Part shown: positions 28,233 through 35,115 of the stretch, one piece after another
Layout of the letters: the number at the start of each line of letters is the position of its first letter
Numbering within the stretch: position 1 is the first letter of the stretch
DNA from: a virus
Lineage: Duplodnaviria > Caudoviricetes
Length of the DNA: 37,883 nucleotides
Strand: one strand, 5' to 3'
Virus record (IMG/VR): IMGVR_UViG_3300017909_002923
Span: 1-37,883 of that record
Program-made: the position numbers and the translations under genes
The notes under the pieces: model-generated
Seen by the model: the letters and a program-made list of their open reading frames with translations, nothing else
The model's database searches: none
What the model was told of the DNA's origin: nothing

Positions 28233-28959
28233 CTCTTTGGGAATAGGCTGTAGCTTTACAAATCGAAAATATAAGTTTCGCGAATATGAAAGAAAATTAT
28301 ACGGGAAAGAACGAATACCTTGGGAAACATGGGATCATTTAGTTGCAAGTTATTTTGAATGGAATCATTTAAATATAGGTGAATCTGGAAGAGGTTTAGA
28401 TTGGATGGTAGATACTATACACTCGTTTGATACTTCTCTCTACAATACTTTAATCGTAGGAGGAACTACTTGGGATAGATTTACGACAGCATACTATAAC
28501 CCAGCAACTCTTAGGTATTCTCATATTATTATGAGAGGTGACAGACAAGCTTTTCTTCCTATAGATTATGAACCTAATGTTGAATACGCTATAGCGCACG
28601 CTTTAAGTAATATTATATCATTAATACATCATTGCATAATAAATGATAAAAAATTAATTTACTTACAAGTGTTACCTCCATTTGATCCCTATCAATATAA
28701 ACATATTAAAAATTTAAAACACTCCGAAAGATATATGTTAAGAAACAAAATGTTTGAAACTATAGAAAAGTACCGCAATCATCCTAATATTAATATATTA
28801 GGCTGGCCTTTCTTTAAAATATTAGGAGGTTCTGATTTTTGGATTTGGAATGATCTTAGAATTAGTATAAGCGAAACTGATAGACACCCTAATCAAGCGG
28901 GGCATATTTTTATAGCTAATCGTGTCACAGATTTACTAGAAAAAAATACAAATAAGTGA
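28213..28959 (+). CDS. SGNH/GDSL hydrolase-like protein
   Basis: GCSFT (block I), NIGESGRG (block II) and DRHPNQAGH (block V). Confidence 0.6.
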   Translation: MSTKTYNSLGIGCSFTNRKYKFREYERKLYGKERIPWETWDHLVASYFEWNHLNIGESGRGLDWMVDTIHSFDTSLYNTLIVGGTTWDRFTTAYYNPATLRYSHIIMRGDRQAFLPIDYEPNVEYAIAHALSNIISLIHHCIINDKKLIYLQVLPPFDPYQYKHIKNLKHSERYMLRNKMFETIEKYRNHPNINILGWPFFKILGGSDFWIWNDLRISISETDRHPNQAGHIFIANRVTDLLEKNTNK

Positions 28960-28968
28960 AAAAAATAG

Positions 28969-28997
28969 TTTACAATCTCCTGAAACTGTGGTATAAT
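28969..28997 (+). promoter_or_regulatory. Early/middle promoter
   Basis: TTTACA-N17 (ending TGTGG)-TATAAT. Confidence 0.8.
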
Positions 28998-29025
28998 AAT
29001 ATTATAACAATGAGGAGAAAATATA

Positions 29026-29502
29026 ATGTATAACTTTAGCGAAACAGTTTTAGAATCTTATTGGATTGAAAAATATGGTAGTGTGGTAAAAGCCGTTTTA
29101 AAAAAACAAAATAAGCTTATTTCAGACACAATCGAAGAATTATATGCTATTTATACAAATGGTATCGTTAAAAATGCTGTTGGTTTTGATATTCAAAGAC
29201 CTAATAATATATTAGATGAGTTAAAATACACTGGCTCTATTCAAGGAAAATCCGTTTTACGTGTTGGTGGTCTAACTAACAAAGAAGGTAAATCGGATTA
29301 CATTGTTATTATTGATGGTGTTAATAACAGAACTTTTAGAATTCCTACTCATATCTTTTTTGCATTCGCAGATTTAAAAACTTCGAAAACCAGCACTTCG
29401 ACAACTACAGAATTTCACTGGTCTGTTTCATATAACAAAAATGATAATGTGAAGCGAGAAAATACTAAATTACTTTTACAATATGAGGTAACGAATGAGT
29501 AA
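29026..29502 (+). CDS. Hypothetical protein, possible PD-(D/E)xK nuclease
   Basis: Strong GAGGAG SD; E..E helix followed by GFD....DELK, compatible with a restriction-endonuclease-like active site. Confidence 0.4.
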   Translation: MYNFSETVLESYWIEKYGSVVKAVLKKQNKLISDTIEELYAIYTNGIVKNAVGFDIQRPNNILDELKYTGSIQGKSVLRVGGLTNKEGKSDYIVIIDGVNNRTFRIPTHIFFAFADLKTSKTSTSTTTEFHWSVSYNKNDNVKRENTKLLLQYEVTNE

Positions 29503-29851
29503 AGAATCACTTAAAATATTGCAGCGCGCAGCTGAAATACAAAACAAAAAAGGCAATGACTATCAGAATCCTAATTCTCGTGTACGTCAAGCCGATTATT
29601 ATCCACGTGGCTGTGCCACTCTTCTCGATACTATGGCTGCTAAAGTTTTGCGTATGCAGTCTGTACTTGAAGCTATGGAACTTGATCCTGACTATAATCC
29701 AAACTTCGAATCACTCGAAGATTCATGTATTGATATTATTAATTACGCTTCATTCTTTGCTGCGTATATGAATCATGGCATTGACGGTCAAGATCCTAAT
29801 CGTGATTTTCTTAATCGACCAAAAAAGGTGGTAACAGATGAAAGTTGCTGA
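29495..29851 (+). CDS. Nucleotide-modification-associated helical protein (Nmad1/DUF1599-like)
   Basis: KKGNDY..KVLR..FESLEDSCIDIINYASF pattern; overlaps the start of the hydroxymethylase gene. Confidence 0.65.
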   Translation: MSKESLKILQRAAEIQNKKGNDYQNPNSRVRQADYYPRGCATLLDTMAAKVLRMQSVLEAMELDPDYNPNFESLEDSCIDIINYASFFAAYMNHGIDGQDPNRDFLNRPKKVVTDESC

Positions 29852-30533
29852 TATTCGTAATTATTTTATTGAGGAGTTAAAAAATGAAAACTTTACAGTG
29901 GACAGAACTGGACAAAAAACTATTGAGCTTATCGGCGCTAGTTTTAATGCCGACGAGAAAGCGATCTTTGGTGAACCGAATGAAGAGTATATTGATGCTG
30001 AATTAACTTGGTATCTTAGTGGATCTTCAAACGTTAACGATATATATCCAGATAAAGATGCTCCGGTTGCCTGGCAGTATTCTGCAAATAAGCATGGCGA
30101 AATCAATTCAAACTATGGCCGGCTTATTTTTGATGACATGTTTTATCGCCAGTATGACAATGCTGTTGCTGAACTTGTAACAAATATGGATTCTCGCCGT
30201 GCAACTATGATATATACTAGACCAAGTATATGGATGGAATATAACGATAATGGTAAAAACGATTTTATTTGCACTAATGCTGTTACTTATTATCTTCGCG
30301 GTGGCGCCATACACGCAGTGGTACAAATGCGCTCAAACGATGTCGTGTACGGATACAAAAATGACTATGCTTGGCAGCTTTATGTTTTAGAACAATTTGT
30401 AAAAGATTATAATGATGCATACTTATCAAGCACTGCAGATGCTGACTATCGTGCAGAAATGAAAGTTGGTACTATCACATGGCAGGTACAAAATCTCCAC
30501 GTATATGAAAGGCACTTTCACCTTGTCAAATAA
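29838..30533 (+). CDS. gp42: dCMP hydroxymethylase (thymidylate synthase fold)
   Basis: GEINSNYG, catalytic DFICTN, MRSNDVVYGYKNDYAWQ (Asp at the pyrimidine-specificity position, as in T4 gp42, rather than the Asn of ThyA) and LHVYERHF. Confidence 0.9.
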   Translation: MKVADIRNYFIEELKNENFTVDRTGQKTIELIGASFNADEKAIFGEPNEEYIDAELTWYLSGSSNVNDIYPDKDAPVAWQYSANKHGEINSNYGRLIFDDMFYRQYDNAVAELVTNMDSRRATMIYTRPSIWMEYNDNGKNDFICTNAVTYYLRGGAIHAVVQMRSNDVVYGYKNDYAWQLYVLEQFVKDYNDAYLSSTADADYRAEMKVGTITWQVQNLHVYERHFHLVK

Positions 30534-30969
30534 ATGGGATTTAAGATTTATTGATTTAGCTAGACACGTTTCTTCTTGGTCTAAAGATCCATCTACTCAA
30601 ATAGGTGCGGTTGCCATTGATGACAATAGACAAATATTGTCTGTAGGTTATAATGGTTTTCCACGTGGAATCGAAGATAGTCCGGATAAATATTTAAATA
30701 GGCCGATTAAATATAAACATGTAGTTCATGCAGAAATGAACGTAATATACAATGCCACATATAATGGCGTATCTTTAAAAGGTAGTACTCTATATGTTTA
30801 TGGTTTACCTATTTGTTCAGAATGCGCAAAAGGTATTATACAAGTAGGAATAAAAAGAATAGTTATGCCTTCTCAAGAAATACCAGATCATTGGACCGAA
30901 TCTTGGGAGTTAACTCAAAATTTATTTAACGAAGCAAAATTAGTTTGGGAGTTTATAAATGTACAATAA
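30523..30969 (+). CDS. cd: dCMP deaminase
   Basis: SKDPSTQIGAV, GYNGFPRG, HAEMN and PICSECAK zinc motifs; probable TTG start at 30523. Confidence 0.92.
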   Translation: MSNKWDLRFIDLARHVSSWSKDPSTQIGAVAIDDNRQILSVGYNGFPRGIEDSPDKYLNRPIKYKHVVHAEMNVIYNATYNGVSLKGSTLYVYGLPICSECAKGIIQVGIKRIVMPSQEIPDHWTESWELTQNLFNEAKLVWEFINVQ

Positions 30970-31135
30970 TCTAAATAGAGAATCATATCATGATTATATT
31001 GGTCGCAGACTTAAACAAGAAAACTTTGGTGATGAAAAAAGAATTGACGAAAGAGATAACGAAATATTTGATTTAAAACAAAGAATTCGTAGACTTGAAG
31101 AAGATATGGCGAGAATTTTGCATAGGCATGAGTAA
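30959..31135 (+). CDS. Small coiled-coil hypothetical protein (58 aa; below the ORF-track cutoff)
   Basis: MYNNLNRESYHDYIGRRLKQE...LKQRIRRLEEDMARILHRHE fills the gap between the deaminase and the oxygenase. Confidence 0.55.
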   Translation: MYNNLNRESYHDYIGRRLKQENFGDEKRIDERDNEIFDLKQRIRRLEEDMARILHRHE

Positions 31136-31138
31136 ACT

Positions 31139-31711
31139 ATGATTGAGTATTGGTGGCCAACCGAAATCGGTTTTTATGATAATCCAGAACACGACAAATT
31201 AAATTTAGTCGATTATTGTTATGAAATACAAAGTAAAACTGAAAGCGGTGGAAAAGATTGGATATCTTCTGACACCTATAATACCAGCAATAGAAAATTT
31301 CAACCTCATAAAGATGAAAAATTTAAAAAACTTGATGGCTGGATAAAAGAACAAATAAAAAATTATATAACAGAAACAAATTTAGCATACGAAATAACTG
31401 AAGAACAAACAGATTCTTGGTTTAACATATATAAGAAAGGTGATTTTCAAGAAATACATGATCATCTTTCTTATGTGTTATCTGCTGTATATTTTTTAAA
31501 GTCTAATCCGGAGTTCAGTCCTTTAACATTCAGGCCAAATTTTTTAGATCATTTAGCGATTGGTAAAACACAAGGATTATGTACTAATTGTAATGTAAAC
31601 TATTCTGCAACACCAGGTAGATTAGTTGTTTTTCGAAGTTATCTACCACATTGCGTAGAAAAACATAAAGATAATGAAGATAGAATTTCAATAGCATATA
31701 ATATGAGATAA
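31139..31711 (+). CDS. Putative 2OG-Fe(II) oxygenase
   Basis: SWFNIYKKGDFQEIHDH, LSAVYFL, G.LVVF.SYLPHCV and RISIAYN double-stranded beta-helix motifs. Confidence 0.85.
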   Translation: MIEYWWPTEIGFYDNPEHDKLNLVDYCYEIQSKTESGGKDWISSDTYNTSNRKFQPHKDEKFKKLDGWIKEQIKNYITETNLAYEITEEQTDSWFNIYKKGDFQEIHDHLSYVLSAVYFLKSNPEFSPLTFRPNFLDHLAIGKTQGLCTNCNVNYSATPGRLVVFRSYLPHCVEKHKDNEDRISIAYNMR

Positions 31712-32097
31712 TGAATAAAGTTTTAGTTATAGGACATAGTCCATCATCAAAAGAATATTGTCCAAAGAAAGGCAATCCATCGATTAATCGTTTAAATCGT
31801 TGGCTCGATGATTGTGGTATAAGAATATACAGCTATAGCAATGCGTGTGCACACCACGCCACTTCTCTTAAAAAAGCTAATATTGATGAAACATATATAC
31901 ATAATATTACTCAACAGTATAATAAAATATTAACATTAGGTAAAGAAGTAGAACAATTATTCAATAAGATGGGTATCGAGCATTACGCACTCCCGCACCC
32001 ATCTCCACTCAATAGAAAGTTAAACGATAAAGCGTACGAATTAAAAATCATAAATAACATCAAAACGTATTTACAAGTAGACTCATCTGTGGTATAA
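31711..32097 (+). CDS. Minimal uracil-DNA glycosylase superfamily protein
   Basis: VLVIGHSPS (motif A), ILTLG..V and LPHPSPLNR (motif B). Confidence 0.7.
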   Translation: MNKVLVIGHSPSSKEYCPKKGNPSINRLNRWLDDCGIRIYSYSNACAHHATSLKKANIDETYIHNITQQYNKILTLGKEVEQLFNKMGIEHYALPHPSPLNRKLNDKAYELKIINNIKTYLQVDSSVV

Positions 32098-32098
32098 T
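32070..32098 (+). promoter_or_regulatory. Early/middle promoter of the glycosyltransferase operon
   Basis: TTTACA-N17 (ending TGTGG)-TATAAT, then an AAGGAG SD. Confidence 0.8.
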
Positions 32099-32118
32099 AG
32101 ACGAGTAAGGAGAGAAAT

Positions 32119-33360
32119 ATGAAAACCATTATATTGCTCGGTCGTGGCACCGAGGGCTGTGGCGTTACTCAATGTTCTATACAAATGCAAAAAGTAACTG
32201 GAGCCACAATACTTTCAGCAAACGATAAAAAATGGGGTAGAGCCAAAGGACTTGACATTAACCAAACAGAAATGTCTGTAGGTAAGCAATGGCAAGAAAT
32301 GGCAAACATAGTTAATGAGCACGATCTTTGTATTGTGTATTCTATTCCATCGAAATCTCATCCACAAGATTGTCAAGATAATTTTGTTTCTCTTCTTGAC
32401 GCAATCAATATTCGCAAAGCATTTATCAATGTCGATCATAAATCGGCATCAATTGCTCGTAATGCAAACCTCGTAGAGGTGTGTAAAAAAATGGATGTGA
32501 TTATGACTCATAGTCTTGAAAATGATTTTTCTAAATTTATGAAGAAAAATAAAATAACCGTACCTTTAAAAAAGATGGGACTTGGTTTTGATTATGATGG
32601 ACATAGAGCAAAGTATTGGTTGCCTATTGAAGAAACACAAGAGCAATATGTTCGTTGGATTGGCCGCACAGCTATGTGGAAAGGCCCATCTCTTATGATT
32701 GATTTTCATGAAGAATCGCTCATGGACAATGGATTTATTACAGTGCTTGAAGGTTTAGAAGCAAGCATTCAATATCCTCTTGTATTATATCGTGATAATA
32801 AGAATGAAAATCCTACAGATCGTCGTAAGGTTGTAAATTACTTTCGGCCAGAAAAACAACACGGCGAGACAGAAAAGTTTAAAGAAGATATGTACGGTAC
32901 AGAAAAAACTGAACAAGGCGCGTATCTTTATCCACAATATACAAATCATGATTGCATGCAAAGACTTGCTGAATCTGCGTTTGGCTCAGATTTGTATCAC
33001 TTGAAAGCAGAAACTTATGGTAACAATATAGAAAATTGTCATGCTGAAATCATAGCATCTGGCGCTATTCCTATCTTCCATAAACACTTTTGTGATCATG
33101 TAATACATAAAGAACAGGGCAAACCAGTATCCCTTTGTCAAAATACTGGTACAATTGGTCTTGATTATTCTAATTTTAAAGAATGTCAAGAAGTCATGAT
33201 CAAATTAAAAAATGATCCTGCTATGAGAGATGATTGGCGTGAAATGGCTTTTGAATTTTGGAAACAACACTCAGACGGTGAGATGGTTGTAAATGAAATT
33301 ATGGAATTAGCCACAAGCGACGAACACCAACCACAAGGACTAGAGGAATTTTTCGGATGA
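32119..33360 (+). CDS. a-gt: DNA alpha-glycosyltransferase, homologue of T4 alpha-glucosyltransferase (GT-B fold)
   Basis: RGTEGCGVT, DH..S..RN, DVI..HS, RWIGRTAMWKG..M.DFHE, EGLE, E..H.E..A.G.IP.F.K and RE.A.EF...H.D are collinear with T4 AGT motifs as recalled from memory. Confidence 0.88.
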   Translation: MKTIILLGRGTEGCGVTQCSIQMQKVTGATILSANDKKWGRAKGLDINQTEMSVGKQWQEMANIVNEHDLCIVYSIPSKSHPQDCQDNFVSLLDAINIRKAFINVDHKSASIARNANLVEVCKKMDVIMTHSLENDFSKFMKKNKITVPLKKMGLGFDYDGHRAKYWLPIEETQEQYVRWIGRTAMWKGPSLMIDFHEESLMDNGFITVLEGLEASIQYPLVLYRDNKNENPTDRRKVVNYFRPEKQHGETEKFKEDMYGTEKTEQGAYLYPQYTNHDCMQRLAESAFGSDLYHLKAETYGNNIENCHAEIIASGAIPIFHKHFCDHVIHKEQGKPVSLCQNTGTIGLDYSNFKECQEVMIKLKNDPAMRDDWREMAFEFWKQHSDGEMVVNEIMELATSDEHQPQGLEEFFG

Positions 33361-34304
33361 CACATGTTTTTATTACCGGCATAGCCGGAATGATAGGGTA
33401 CCATACTGCTATCAAATTAAAAGAACAAGGATACTCGGTTGAGGGTATCGATAATTTTAACGACTACTATGACGTAGAATTAAAAAATGCTCGTAGTAAA
33501 TTACTTTCTGATAAACAAATAGCTGTACGAAATATTGATATTTGCTCACCTGGCGAATACTATGAACATATACAAGCTGCTGATGTGGTACTACACTTAG
33601 CTGCATATGCAAATCCAAGACATGCTATGGATGAACCACAACTTTACATTGATACAAATATTACTGGTACACAAAAACTAGTTGATATATGTGAAGGTTT
33701 AAATACGCCTGTTGTATATGCTTCAAGCTCATGTGTTATGCATGGCCAAACTTTGCCTTGGACAGAACACGATAACCCAGGCCACCAAAACAATCCTTAT
33801 GGCTGGTCTAAAAGAGTAAATGAATCTCAATTTATATATTCTAAAATAGCTCGCACTATCGGTCTTCGTTTCTTTACAGTGTATGGTCCTTATGGCCGGC
33901 CAGACATGGCTTTGTTTAAATTTACAGACGCTATTGTAAATGGCACGCCACTTACACTTTATAATTACGGTGATATGAAACGTGATTTTACTTATGTTGA
34001 TGATATCGTTCAAGGCATTGAACTTGTGATTAAACAAATACTTGAAAGCAATGAACCACTTGACGAGATCTACAATATTGGTTATGGTGAGCAAGTTCAA
34101 CTGATGGACTTTGTAGAAGAAATAGAAAAGAACTTAGGACGTAAAGGTACATATGATAAAGTGCCACCGCATCCTGCTGATATGCCAGCCACGTGGTCAG
34201 ATACATCTAAACTACAAAAGCTTGGATATAAACCAACTACTCCTATTTCTGAAGGTGTAGAAAAATTTGTTACTTGGTATAAGGAGTACTATAATGTCAA
34301 TTAA
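33357..34304 (+). CDS. NAD-dependent epimerase, UDP-glucuronate 4-epimerase-like
   Basis: GIAGMIG, GIDNFNDYYDVELK.AR, YASSS, YGWSK and GLRFFTVYGPYGRPDMALFKFT..RDFTYVDDIV, the signature of the UDP-GlcA epimerase subfamily. Confidence 0.85.
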   Translation: MTHVFITGIAGMIGYHTAIKLKEQGYSVEGIDNFNDYYDVELKNARSKLLSDKQIAVRNIDICSPGEYYEHIQAADVVLHLAAYANPRHAMDEPQLYIDTNITGTQKLVDICEGLNTPVVYASSSCVMHGQTLPWTEHDNPGHQNNPYGWSKRVNESQFIYSKIARTIGLRFFTVYGPYGRPDMALFKFTDAIVNGTPLTLYNYGDMKRDFTYVDDIVQGIELVIKQILESNEPLDEIYNIGYGEQVQLMDFVEEIEKNLGRKGTYDKVPPHPADMPATWSDTSKLQKLGYKPTTPISEGVEKFVTWYKEYYNVN

Positions 34305-35115
34305 TATTTTAATTGTTGGACACGGATATGTAGGAAAAGCGGTAGATCATGGCTTCTCTACTTCTCAAGTTACAAAGTATGTTGTTGATCCTCATTATGG
34401 AAATGACATCGATGATTTTAAAGGAGTAAGGATGCATGCAGCATTTGTCTGTGTGCCTACTCCGTTTGGTGAAATGGGCGTAATTGATTCCTCGATTGTA
34501 GAAGATGTAGTTAATCGACTAGAAACTTTTGCTTGTCCTATCATAATCAAGTCGACTGTAACTCCAAATATAGTAGAAGACTTATCAAAGAAAAATTCTG
34601 ACGTTGTATATAATCCAGAATTTTTAACAGAGAAAAATCATCTTGACGATTTTATTAATCCACCTATGCATATATTCGGTGGTAACCCAATGATTACACG
34701 TCAAGTACAAGATCTTTATGAAAAATATAGTCAGTGTAAACCATGTCCAGTTATGCATATGACAGCAATGGAAGCTTCATTTGTAAAATACGGAATTAAT
34801 TGTTTTCTTGCTACTAAAGTTTTATGGTTTAATCAATTTAAAGATTTAATTGATATAACAGATTCAAAATATAATGTGATTGTAAATGCTATTGGTTCTG
34901 ATCCGCGTATTGGTCATTCACATACACAAGTTCCTGGACCTGATGGACGTAAAGGTTATGGTGGAGCATGTTTTCCAAAAGATACAAATGCTTTTAACAC
35001 ATATGCTCATGGCAAATTTTCTGTTCTTGGAGATGTTATTAAAGCCAATAATACATATAGAAGTCAATATGAATTAGATGAACGTGAAAAAGAACAGAAA
35101 GTAAGTTATGCCTAA
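34294..35115 (+). CDS. ugd: UDP-glucose 6-dehydrogenase (short form)
   Basis: GHGYVG, FVCVPTP, IKSTV.P, YNPEFL, K...N.FLA.K, DPRIG and catalytic GYGGACFPKD; ATG 34294 follows AAGGAG. Confidence 0.88.
   Translation: MSINILIVGHGYVGKAVDHGFSTSQVTKYVVDPHYGNDIDDFKGVRMHAAFVCVPTPFGEMGVIDSSIVEDVVNRLETFACPIIIKSTVTPNIVEDLSKKNSDVVYNPEFLTEKNHLDDFINPPMHIFGGNPMITRQVQDLYEKYSQCKPCPVMHMTAMEASFVKYGINCFLATKVLWFNQFKDLIDITDSKYNVIVNAIGSDPRIGHSHTQVPGPDGRKGYGGACFPKDTNAFNTYAHGKFSVLGDVIKANNTYRSQYELDEREKEQKVSYA

Noticed and set aside
29838-30533. Interpretation as an ordinary thymidylate synthase or a dUMP hydroxymethylase
   Set aside because: DFICTN and GYKNDYAW match the T4 gp42 type, with Asp at the cytosine-specificity position.
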